The notes beneath the pieces were generated by a model. The model ran no database searches. It had not been told where the DNA came from and saw only the letters and a list, made by a program, of their open reading frames with translations. From an uncultured Ignavibacteria bacterium (GTDB taxonomy: Bacteria; Zixibacteria; MSB-5A5; SM1-73): a stretch of DNA of 64,000 nucleotides. Position numbers and translations under genes: made by a program. Location of the stretch: contig CAZPOP010000004.1 in the NCBI GenBank assembly GCA_964588305.1, forward strand, positions 26,470 to 90,469, read 5' to 3'. Below, piece after piece: positions 36,423-44,314 of this stretch (the first letter of the stretch is position 1; every line of letters starts with the position of its first letter).

Positions 36423-37097
36423 CTACCACCACAGAGTTCTCCACATCAATTTGATAAACCTTCCCGTGTCCACAAAGGGATTGATGAAGCTTTTCCCTCC
36501 TCGATAGATGGTCTTTATGGGAACTGAGTCTATTTTAAATCCACTTCTTCCTGCTTTCACCAAAATCTCCGATTCCAGATCGTATTTCTTGCCCTTCAAC
36601 TTAATCCGTTCCAGGACTCGAGTTGAAATGAACCGGTAGCCGGATTGACTATCCCTGATGGTTTGGCCGGACAGGATCGAGAGGATAGCAGAGGTTAAGT
36701 TGTTGGTCAACCATCTGGGTAAAGGCACCTTCTTCAAACTGATATCCCTGGTTCCAATTATGATGCCACTAGAATCCTTGTTGGCTTTTTGAAGGAGATC
36801 CCTGATGGAGGAGGGATCGTGCTGCAGGTCCGCATCTATGGTGACGACTGCCTCATAATTCCTCTCGAGTGCGTATCTGAATCCGGTCTTCAAGGCTTCT
36901 CCCTTGCCTTCATTTATCCTATGCTTTAAAGCCACTGCCCCGCTTGCTTTGGCGGTGACAGAAGTCTGGTCTTCGGAGCCGTCGTCGACCACGACAATAT
37001 CATTTTTATCCGCGAATTCCGAAGTTTTCTCTATTAGCTCGGAGATGGTTGAACCGGCATTGTAGGCGGGAATAAGCACCAAAAAAGCTTTAGGCAT
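36423..37097 (-). CDS. Family 2 glycosyltransferase (polyprenol-phosphate sugar transferase-like)
   Basis: LIPAYNAG...VVVDDGSEDQT and TIDADLQHDP motifs. Confidence 0.8.
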   Translation of the reverse strand: MPKAFLVLIPAYNAGSTISELIEKTSEFADKNDIVVVDDGSEDQTSVTAKASGAVALKHRINEGKGEALKTGFRYALERNYEAVVTIDADLQHDPSSIRDLLQKANKDSSGIIIGTRDISLKKVPLPRWLTNNLTSAILSILSGQTIRDSQSGYRFISTRVLERIKLKGKKYDLESEILVKAGRSGFKIDSVPIKTIYRGGKSFINPFVDTGRFIKLMWRTLWW

Positions 37098-37116
37098 GAA
37101 CTCTTGCTTGAAAAAA

Positions 37117-37191
37117 TCGGGGCGAGCCGATTTGAACGGCCGACCACTTGCACCCCAAGCAAGTGCGCTAACCAGGCTGCGCTACGCCCCG
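37117..37191 (-). tRNA. tRNA-Pro (anticodon GGG)
   Basis: Hand-folded: CGGGGCG/TA/GCGC-AGCCTGGTTA-GCGC/A/CTTGC-TTGGGGT-GCAAG/TGGTC/GGCCG-TTCAAAT-CGGCT/CGCCCCG/A. Confidence 0.9.
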
Positions 37192-37221
37192 ATAGGCTTT
37201 GAGTAACCCGTAGTTTCTAAA

Positions 37222-37587
37222 TCAAGACAAAGTCTTCAAAAGCTCGGTAAGCTCCTTTCTGATCTCCATCAAAAGATTCTTGAGCCGCATCTTCTCGGTA
37301 ACCAACTTGGCCTCGTCATCCTCGTGCCGCAGGCTCCTAAGCCTGGATCTTGCCCCCTCAATGGTGTAACCCTCGTCATATAGAAGATGCTTGATCTGGT
37401 TGATTAAGTCGATGTCTTTCTGCTGATAGGAACGATTCCCGGCCCTATTCTTCTTGGGTTTAAGAAAAGAGAATTCCTTCTCCCAGAACCTTAAGACATA
37501 AGGTTTGAGCCCGTTCATCTCCGCAACCTCGCTTATAGAATAGTACATCTTTTCAGCGAGTTTCGGGGCTGGATTTTTGGGTCCCAT
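37222..37587 (-). CDS. MerR-family transcriptional regulator
   Basis: HTH region YSISEVAEMNGLKPYVLRFWEKEF, then ...RSYQQKDIDLINQIKHLL and a coiled-coil tail. Confidence 0.8.
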   Translation of the reverse strand: MGPKNPAPKLAEKMYYSISEVAEMNGLKPYVLRFWEKEFSFLKPKKNRAGNRSYQQKDIDLINQIKHLLYDEGYTIEGARSRLRSLRHEDDEAKLVTEKMRLKNLLMEIRKELTELLKTLS

Positions 37588-37648
37588 TTTGTATCCGCTG
37601 ATTAAGCCCGCGTTTTCATAGACTAAAATACAAATTCTGCTGTGTATG

Positions 37649-38656
37649 TCAACCCCAAATCTCGGATTTCGGATCTCTTGTCATGAGTTGGGCTATTGCC
37701 CGGTGGGGTTCCTTATCCTCGAACAGAACCTTATAAACCTGTTCTGTAATTGGCATCTCCACTTCATGTCTTAGGGAAAGCTTGTAAGCTGATTCTGTGG
37801 TCTTGACTCCCTCTGCCACCATGACCATTCCTTTCAGAACCTTATCCAGAGTTTCTCCTTTCCCGATCTGTTCTCCCACGTACCGGTTTCTTGAGTATTT
37901 GCTGATGCAAGTGGTTACTAAATCGCCCAGCCCTGAGAGCCCGGCAAAGGTTTCCCTTTTCGCTCCCATTTTCTCACCGAGTCTAATTATCTCAGCCAGT
38001 CCTCTGGCAATCAAAGCTCCCCTGCTGTTGTCTCCCAATCCCATTCCGTCGCAAATCCCTGCGGCGATGGCGATTACGTTCTTCAAAGACCCTCCCAGCT
38101 CTACCCCGATGATGTCGCTATTGGTATAGACCCTGAAGTAGGGGTTCATGAAAGTTTCTTGAACCTTTTTGGCGATTTCCTCCCGAAAGCCCGCTACCAC
38201 CACGGTCGTAGGAATTTTCGCTGCAACCTCTTCTGCATGACTTGGTCCGGACAAAGTGGCAATTCTCTTATGCAGTTTCAATGGCAATTCCTGTTTCAAA
38301 ATCTCAGACATGCGGCAAAGAGTTTCGTTTTCAATGCCTTTGGCCAGGTTGACTATTACCGAGTCCGCCAAATTCAACTCCGCCAATTTCCTGGCAACCC
38401 CCCTTACAGTATGGGAAGGCAAGGCTAAGACCAAGAGTTCAGCTTCTGAAGCAACAGTGGTCAGGTCATCGGTGATTCCTATCTCTTGGGGGATCACAAT
38501 GCCCGGTAATTTCCGTTTATGCTCCCTCTGCTGGAGGAGCTTGGTCAGTTCCATGCGGTCAAATTCCCACAAAATCACTTGATGCCCGTTGGAACAAAGA
38601 AGTACGGAGGTAGCTATGCCCCAACTTCCCGCACCTAAGACTGTTATTCTTGCCAT
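37649..38656 (-). CDS. gpsA: NAD(P)H-dependent glycerol-3-phosphate dehydrogenase
   Basis: ITVLGAGSWG Rossmann motif, GLKNVIAIAAG. gpsA-plsY synteny. Confidence 0.92.
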   Translation of the reverse strand: MARITVLGAGSWGIATSVLLCSNGHQVILWEFDRMELTKLLQQREHKRKLPGIVIPQEIGITDDLTTVASEAELLVLALPSHTVRGVARKLAELNLADSVIVNLAKGIENETLCRMSEILKQELPLKLHKRIATLSGPSHAEEVAAKIPTTVVVAGFREEIAKKVQETFMNPYFRVYTNSDIIGVELGGSLKNVIAIAAGICDGMGLGDNSRGALIARGLAEIIRLGEKMGAKRETFAGLSGLGDLVTTCISKYSRNRYVGEQIGKGETLDKVLKGMVMVAEGVKTTESAYKLSLRHEVEMPITEQVYKVLFEDKEPHRAIAQLMTRDPKSEIWG

Positions 38657-38729
38657 GAATTGGTTTTTATCTAATCATCCGAACACAGGGGTCCAGTGAT
38701 GTGTCCATTCCAGAATTCGTGTCCGTTTC

Positions 38730-39371
38730 TTATCTCATCCGCATCGCCTTCTGGCCGAATTTATTTTCCGTTCCATTCAATAGTCTTTTGATATTTGTTC
38801 TATGATTGTAAAAGATAAAAACCGTTAGAAAAAACATCATGCCGGTCAACTCTGTGGGCACGCTCCTGCTAAGATAATATCTTTCGAACAGCAAGGCAAG
38901 AAGTATAAAACTGGCAGCTGCAAGTGAGGCAAGAGAGACATATCTGGTAATGGCCACTATTGCTATGAATACGGCTAATGCCAGTGCGGTCTCTGCAGGG
39001 ATCAGGGACAAAAGGGCACCCAGTCCGGTGCCGATTCCTTTGCCACCTTTGAATCCTGCAAACACGGGAAACACGTGACCCAGAATGACCGAAATCGCTG
39101 CCAGTATCTTCAGGCTCACCAAATTCAACCCCACGGGACCAAGAGATATCTGGGTTAAGAGAAGCACAGCTGCCATTCCCTTTCCGACATCCACAAGCAA
39201 GACGATGGCGGCAGGCAAAGGTCCCAGGACCCGGTAGACGTTGGTGAATCCGGCGTTTTTTGAGCCATACTCTCTTATGTCTATTCCCTTGAATGCCTTG
39301 CTGATGATTACGGCCGATGGAATCGAACCTAAAAGGTAGCTGAGAATTACGCTCGCTAAAATCGTTAGCAT
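38730..39371 (-). CDS. plsY: Acyl-phosphate:glycerol-3-phosphate acyltransferase PlsY
   Basis: YLLGSIP...SKNAGFTNVYR...FKGGKGIGT motifs. 213 aa. Confidence 0.9.
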   Translation of the reverse strand: MLTILASVILSYLLGSIPSAVIISKAFKGIDIREYGSKNAGFTNVYRVLGPLPAAIVLLVDVGKGMAAVLLLTQISLGPVGLNLVSLKILAAISVILGHVFPVFAGFKGGKGIGTGLGALLSLIPAETALALAVFIAIVAITRYVSLASLAAASFILLALLFERYYLSRSVPTELTGMMFFLTVFIFYNHRTNIKRLLNGTENKFGQKAMRMR

Positions 39372-39394
39372 GGTTAGATAGCCTCACCAAAAGT

Positions 39395-39458
39395 GGAGTG
39401 TCTGTTTGGAGTGTTTGCCTTTAGGCAAACCCAGGTTGGGCTAAAGCCAAACACTTCC
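39395..39458 (+). repeat. REP-like element copy A (double hairpin)
   Basis: GGAGTGTCTGTTTGGAGTGTTTGCCTTTAGGCAAACCCAGGTTGGGCTAAAGCCAAACACTTCC. The first hairpin GTTTGCC/GGCAAAC is intact; the second is degraded. Confidence 0.7.
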
Positions 39459-39464
39459 TTGAGA

Positions 39465-40028
39465 TCAGAATCCATCGTTTTTATCTGTGAAGTCGATGAT
39501 TGGATATTGGGCAAAAATGCTTCCCATATACTCCTCACCGAATTTTCTCAAATAGTAATTATAACTCGAGAATTCGTAATCCTCGCATTTCTTCCCATAA
39601 CCGTGTTTCACTGGATTATGATGTATATAGTTGAATCTTTTGTAAAATGTCTGTTCATTCCTTATGCAATTATCCCAGTAATTCCACCAGACTTGTCTTC
39701 CCCTTTTACTCTCAGAAAAATTGAGGTCGAAAGAACTACCACCATGCACAAAACCGACAAACTCTCCCAGATTTTCTTCTTCTTTGAACTGAAAAAGAAA
39801 ATGATAGTGATTGGACAAAATCACCCAGGCAAAAATTCTAACCTTATACCGGATTGCACCAGATTTCAATTTGCTTTTTATGATTTCCTTTTTAGCCGGG
39901 GTATTAAAGAAATTTTCCTTGTTTAATGTGGATGCCGTTACGAAATATATTTTGTCATCCAAATACAAATGGAATGGTTTATGACGTTTGAATCTTGTAT
40001 CCTTCAGCATATTCGAATTTTTATTCAT
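39465..40028 (-). CDS. IS200/IS605-like Y1 (HUH) transposase of the REP-associated (RAYT) type
   Basis: 187 aa with the HUH motif NHYHFLF and catalytic-Tyr region YIHHNPVKHGY. Flanked on both sides by REP-like repeats. Confidence 0.75.
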   Translation of the reverse strand: MNKNSNMLKDTRFKRHKPFHLYLDDKIYFVTASTLNKENFFNTPAKKEIIKSKLKSGAIRYKVRIFAWVILSNHYHFLFQFKEEENLGEFVGFVHGGSSFDLNFSESKRGRQVWWNYWDNCIRNEQTFYKRFNYIHHNPVKHGYGKKCEDYEFSSYNYYLRKFGEEYMGSIFAQYPIIDFTDKNDGF

Positions 40029-40042
40029 CTTCTGTGTTATTT

Positions 40043-40093
40043 GGAGTGTCTGTCTTCAGGCGGACCTTTGGTTCGGCTAAAGCCGAACACTCC
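40043..40093 (+). repeat. REP-like element copy B
   Basis: GGAGTGTCTGTCTTCAGGCGGACCTTTGGTTCGGCTAAAGCCGAACACTCC. Shares the GGAGTGTCTGT head and the GTTCGGCT/AGCCGAAC hairpin with copies A and C. Confidence 0.65.
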
Positions 40094-40100
40094 AAAGGCA

Positions 40101-41501
40101 CTATTTTTCCATCCTCCTTCGGAAAACGTATATGAAAAGACCAATCATAAAAGCGCCTAAAAGAAATTCTATCCCAGCAACAAGATTAGCAAAATCGCCA
40201 ATCACCTTATATTGCTGAAATCTCCACAAAGAGAAAAAGCCTTTGATGCTAAAGACCAATGAGGTCCAAAAATCTCTCGAGCTTGCACTCTCATTTGCAT
40301 TGTGAAGCCCCAAGAACATGTAGCCAAGCGCAAATAGAAAGATCAAAACGATGGAACTCAACCCGACATTCCTTAACTTCTCTCCATATCCGCATGATAA
40401 TTCAAAAACCCATAAGAAAATCCAGTTGAAGAAATCCCAGGAAAGCGGTTTGAATGCTTTTCTTTTGCACTCCTGTTCTCTAAAATGGAACGTCCCGGCT
40501 TTGGCAAAATCTCGCTTATTATGAAACTGAACTCTTAGCTGCCTGTATGTCTCACCCACTCTGGTATAGTTCTCGTTTCTACGTTTTCTCCTAAAATACC
40601 TTTCCTCTTCTGAGTTGATTTTTCTTAATGTATCTTCTAATAATACTTCATCTCTCAACTTATCCTTCCAATCCCATATCATTAAGCTAAAATCAATATT
40701 TTTCAGATCGACCCCCTTCAAAATACAGTTTCGTAAATCCACCTTTGAAAAAACGGTCTTGGCTTGGAAGATACACTTACTAAACTGCATTTTCCCTTTG
40801 AACGTACAATCATCAAACAGAACTCTCTTACCAACAAATTTAACCCCTGTAAAGTCAATATTATCCGCTAAAAATTTCGCTTGAGAAAAGTCTGTATTCC
40901 TGCCCAGAAATTCTGCTTGTGAAAACCGCAGATTCTTTCCCTAAAATCGAACATCATCAAAGTTTACCGTTTCTCCAGAAAAATCTGATCCGCTAAAGAC
41001 TATGTTCTCTCCTGAAAAGGTCACATCTTCGAACTTCGAGGTTCACCCTGAAAATTGCGCTAGGCCAAATTCCGTATTCTTTCCCAAGAACTCCACACCA
41101 GAAAAAGAAGTCCGCTCTGCTCGGAATTTAGTTTTCCAAAATGAAGAATTACTTCCCCAAAAGCGTACTCCGGCGAACCTGGTAATTTCTCCACGAAATT
41201 CCGCATCTTCAAAATGGACATCCTTATGGACATCTTTTTCGAATTTAACCTCTACAAAACGAAATGTATTTCCAGGGAAGCAGAAGCCTTCGAAATGATA
41301 TGCATCAGATTCTTGATCTTCCAATATCTTTTTTATCCCTTCATTGAATTTCTCAATATTCTTATCTTCTCTTTTCTCGTGAAAGATACAGAAGCCCTCT
41401 TTTGAGTCTTCCAAGGCTTCGTAAGGACATTCCCAGCTTGTCTGTTCACATTTGTATTTACATTTATTCTTAACCTCGCTCATCTTATCTCCGTCTTTCA
41501 T
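40101..41501 (-). pseudogene. Pentapeptide-repeat protein with an ion-channel-like C-terminal TM domain; single frame broken by TGA (41043-41045) and TAG (40941-40943)
   Basis: ORFs 41043..41501 and 40101..40790 plus the stretch between them are one frame of 466 codons. The repeat register continues through both stops. Confidence 0.65.
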
Positions 41502-41531
41502 AAAGCTAAAGCTCTATATTCCAATGCCTCT

Positions 41532-41582
41532 GGGGTGTTTGCCTTTAGGCAAACCCAGGTTCGGCTGAAGCCGAACACTCCC
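41532..41582 (+). repeat. REP-like element copy C (both hairpins intact)
   Basis: GGGGTGTTTGCCTTTAGGCAAACCCAGGTTCGGCTGAAGCCGAACACTCC. Confidence 0.7.
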
Positions 41583-41607
41583 AAGTCTTTCGATCCGGCT
41601 GTTATGA

Positions 41608-41889
41608 TCATTCCAACTTTGCATACAATATCCACTCTGGTTCTTTGGCACCACGGTCGAAATAAATTTCGAAGACTTGATCCTCGTCGGTCAATATCCG
41701 GTAATAATTCCGGTGTCGTCTCTGCCACCATGTCCTTGTTTTGGCCCCGGATTTTGGAAAGCTGTAATCGGGCCAAAAGGCAATGATCTCTTTTATTTTG
41801 TGCTCCCTATCCTTCTATACAAACGAAACCGGATTTTTCGTTTTCTCGTCCCGAACCACGTCGATTTTTTTAGAATAGAACTCCGGCAT
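41608..41889 (-). pseudogene. 93-codon small ORF of unknown family with an in-frame TAG (41815-41817)
   Basis: Hand translation: MPEFYSKKIDVVRDEKTKNPVSFV*KDREHKIKEIIAFWPDYSFPKSGAKTRTWWQRRHRNYYRILTDEDQVFEIYFDRGAKEPEWILYAKLE. Confidence 0.45.
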
Positions 41890-41939
41890 ACAGCTGAACT
41901 CAAACAGTAAACTTGTGTCACGGAGCCGTGAAGGCTCCG

Positions 41940-42051
41940 CTACGCGACTTGCTTGATCTCGTAACCTCTATCTCTCAACGGGAATAGAACCGGATTTTTC
42001 GCTTTCTCATCCCGGCCCACTTCGATTTTTTCCAGGATAAAATTCAGGCAT
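41940..42051 (-). pseudogene. Degenerate frameshifted 5' paralog fragment of the 41608-41889 ORF
   Basis: ATGCCTGAATTTTATCC... aligns to ATGCCGGAGTTCTATTC... After a 1-nt indel it reads ..IEVGRDEKAKNPVLFPLRDRGYEIKQVA*. Confidence 0.4.
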
Positions 42052-42107
42052 TCGCTATCCCGCTTAATTTCCCCCTCTCCCTCCAAGGAAGAGGGAATGA
42101 TCTGAGT

Positions 42108-43421
42108 TCATTCTCGTCTTTTTGTCTTTATTCTGATGGGGGTTCCCATAAATCCAAAATGGTCTCTGATTCTATTTCCCAGGTATCTCAGATAGGACTT
42201 TTGCAGGAGTTCGGGGTAATTGCAGAAGAAGACAAAGGTTGGTGGCTCGACGTCAGTCTGAGTGCAGTAGTATATCTTAATGTATTTGCCTTTGACCGCA
42301 GCAGGTGGTTTTCTCTTTATCTCCTTTCCCAACTCCTCGTTCAGCTTCCCTGTGTCTATCCTCTTCTTTCTTTCCCGGTACACCTGGGTAATCAAGTTCA
42401 AAGTTGTTCTGACTCTCTGTCTGGTCTTGGCTGAGACAAATATCAAAGGAACATAATCGACGAAGGGAAGCTCTTGTCTTAATCCTTTGGTATAATGGTC
42501 GGCGGTTGCCCCGTTTTTTTCTACAAGGTCCCATTTGTTTAGTCCAATCACCATTCCCTTCTTTAGATCATCAACCTCGCTCATTATCTTGATGTCCTGG
42601 TTTATCAGCCCGGCCTGTGCTTCGATCAGGATCAAAGCCACGTCGCATCGCTGAATCGCCCTTAAAGTTCTAAGCGAGGTATAGTATTCTATTCCATTCT
42701 TGATCTTTGCCTTACGCCTCAGCCCAGCGGTGTCTATTAATGTAAAGGCTTGATCATCAATCTCAATATCCGTGTCGATGGAATCACGAGTGGTTCCCGG
42801 GGACTCAGCCACGATGAGCTTATCCCGACCTAAGAGGGCGTTGACGAAGGAGGACTTTCCCACATTCGGTCTTCCGACGACCGCCACCTTGATGCCTTTC
42901 TCCTTTCCCTCTCTCACGGGTTCTTCGGGCAAAGCGTGGGCAACAAGATCGAGCAAGTCCCCGATGTTTCTTCCATTCAAGGAGGAAATGGCGGCTGGCT
43001 CTCCAAGTCCCAATTTGTTCAAAAGAGAAGCATCGGCCTCGTCTTTTTGGCTGTCCACTTTGTTAGCCACCAGCAGAACCTTCTTTTCCATTTTCCTTAA
43101 CCGGTCAGCAATCTCCAAATCAATATTCTGTGCCCCCACCTTAGCATCTACCAGGAAGAGAACCATATCCGCCTCGGATATGGCAATCTCTGCCTGAGCT
43201 TTGACCAATGTCTCCATCTCCGTTCTGCTGTCCGGAACGAAACCTCCGGTATCCACCAAGTAGAACTCCTTTCTGTTCCAGGTGGTGGAGGCGTAATTTC
43301 GGTCGCGGGTGACTCCGGGTTCATCATCCACCACCGCCATCCTTCTTTTCAGAAGCCGGTTGAATAGCGTGGACTTACCCACATTCGGTCTTCCGATTAT
43401 GGCAACGATTGGTAAAGACAT
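42108..43421 (-). CDS. der: Ribosome-associated GTPase Der (EngA)
   Basis: Two tandem GTPase domains (GRPNVGKST twice, DTGG/DTAG) and a KH-like C-terminus. Confidence 0.95.
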   Translation of the reverse strand: MSLPIVAIIGRPNVGKSTLFNRLLKRRMAVVDDEPGVTRDRNYASTTWNRKEFYLVDTGGFVPDSRTEMETLVKAQAEIAISEADMVLFLVDAKVGAQNIDLEIADRLRKMEKKVLLVANKVDSQKDEADASLLNKLGLGEPAAISSLNGRNIGDLLDLVAHALPEEPVREGKEKGIKVAVVGRPNVGKSSFVNALLGRDKLIVAESPGTTRDSIDTDIEIDDQAFTLIDTAGLRRKAKIKNGIEYYTSLRTLRAIQRCDVALILIEAQAGLINQDIKIMSEVDDLKKGMVIGLNKWDLVEKNGATADHYTKGLRQELPFVDYVPLIFVSAKTRQRVRTTLNLITQVYRERKKRIDTGKLNEELGKEIKRKPPAAVKGKYIKIYYCTQTDVEPPTFVFFCNYPELLQKSYLRYLGNRIRDHFGFMGTPIRIKTKRRE

Positions 43422-43438
43422 GGTCAGCTGTCAACGGA

Positions 43439-44314
43439 TTAAACGGATGGAACGGATTTCAAGACTTTTTTGACTTCCCCGCCTCCGGCGGGATTCTCAA
43501 CATCCCAAGATGGCATTCTGTTATAGATGACCTTTCCATCTATTCTTAGCCCAAAGGTGATGCCACTTTTTTCCAGAGTTTTTCTGTCATCAGTATTTAC
43601 GAAACTTGATTCGAGGTTTCCGGATTTACCGAACTCCTCCTCGGTCAACGTTTTCACCCACCAGGAATAGGGACATTGTCCCCTCCAGAATAGTCCGGCT
43701 GTTACCCTTCCGGGTTTCGAGGTGGATTTCCGTTGGGGCAAAATGAATTTGGGTAGTTTGGCAGTCCCGAAATTCTTAAGCATAAGGATCGAATTTCCGT
43801 CTCTTTGAACCTGCCTGAATCCGACCTTCTGAAAAAACCAACTGGGCATGTAGTCGAAGAATCCCCACCAGGACTCCTTTTCATAAGCGATCACCGCCGC
43901 GCCTGAGAAGTTTCGAAGGTGCGCTCTTTTAAGGAGGGTTTCCATCAGACTTGTAGCGATGCCCTTTTTCCAAAAGGGAGGTATTACCCAGATACAGTCG
44001 ATGAAAGCCAGATTCTTTCCGCGCGCAGGGAAATTGGTCTCTTCAATCGGCAGATATTCGATCAGTCCAGCAACGATCTTTCCTTTCAGGGACAAATCTT
44101 TAGTCCTGACCTGGCCAACGCCCGGATAATCCATCTTTTCTTCTTTCCCTTCATCTTCCAAAGCCACTAATATGCAAAGTCCTTTTGCCATCATCTTCTT
44201 CAAAAACTCCTTCCTCAGACTCATCCCCTGCTTCAAAGTCTTTCTAAATCCGGGATCCGCGCCGGGAATAGTGGCGAAGTCAAACTCATCTTTTCTTAGC
44301 TCTCTGATTTGCAT
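43439..44314 (-). CDS. GNAT-like acetyltransferase fused to a YoaP-like C-terminal domain (tentative)
   Basis: Central region resembles a GNAT acetyl-CoA site (WVIPPFWKKGIATSLMETLL). C-terminal CPY...W segment. Low-confidence family call. Confidence 0.5.
   Translation of the reverse strand: MQIRELRKDEFDFATIPGADPGFRKTLKQGMSLRKEFLKKMMAKGLCILVALEDEGKEEKMDYPGVGQVRTKDLSLKGKIVAGLIEYLPIEETNFPARGKNLAFIDCIWVIPPFWKKGIATSLMETLLKRAHLRNFSGAAVIAYEKESWWGFFDYMPSWFFQKVGFRQVQRDGNSILMLKNFGTAKLPKFILPQRKSTSKPGRVTAGLFWRGQCPYSWWVKTLTEEEFGKSGNLESSFVNTDDRKTLEKSGITFGLRIDGKVIYNRMPSWDVENPAGGGEVKKVLKSVPSV

Noticed and set aside
41043-41045. The in-frame TGA of the pentapeptide-repeat gene as a third selenocysteine codon.
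   Set aside because: No stable hairpin lies in the SECIS window downstream (only a TCGAA/TTCGA pairing with a 1-nt loop). Sister repeats have Glu, not Cys, at this position. The same gene also carries an in-frame TAG.
39395-41582. The three ~50-nt repeats as a CRISPR array.
   Set aside because: The spacers would be 585 and 1438 nt and contain genes, the repeats are only ~80% identical, and no cas genes are present. The hairpin structure and the adjacent Y1 transposase fit REP/RAYT instead.
41498-41776. ORF 41498..41776 (92 aa, minus) from the ORF track.
   Set aside because: It is out of frame with the paralog-supported reading (41608..41889), and its C-terminal part is simply the translation of REP copy C.
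40941-41817. TAG reassigned or suppressed as Leu, since both in-frame TAGs (40941-40943 and 41815-41817) align with TTG/Leu in paralogous sequence.
   Set aside because: TAG is a functional stop directly after the canonical OMP terminus ...SFTGFF (16452) and also ends fdhE and pnp. Two independent TTG-to-TAG transversions in decaying islet genes is the simpler explanation.
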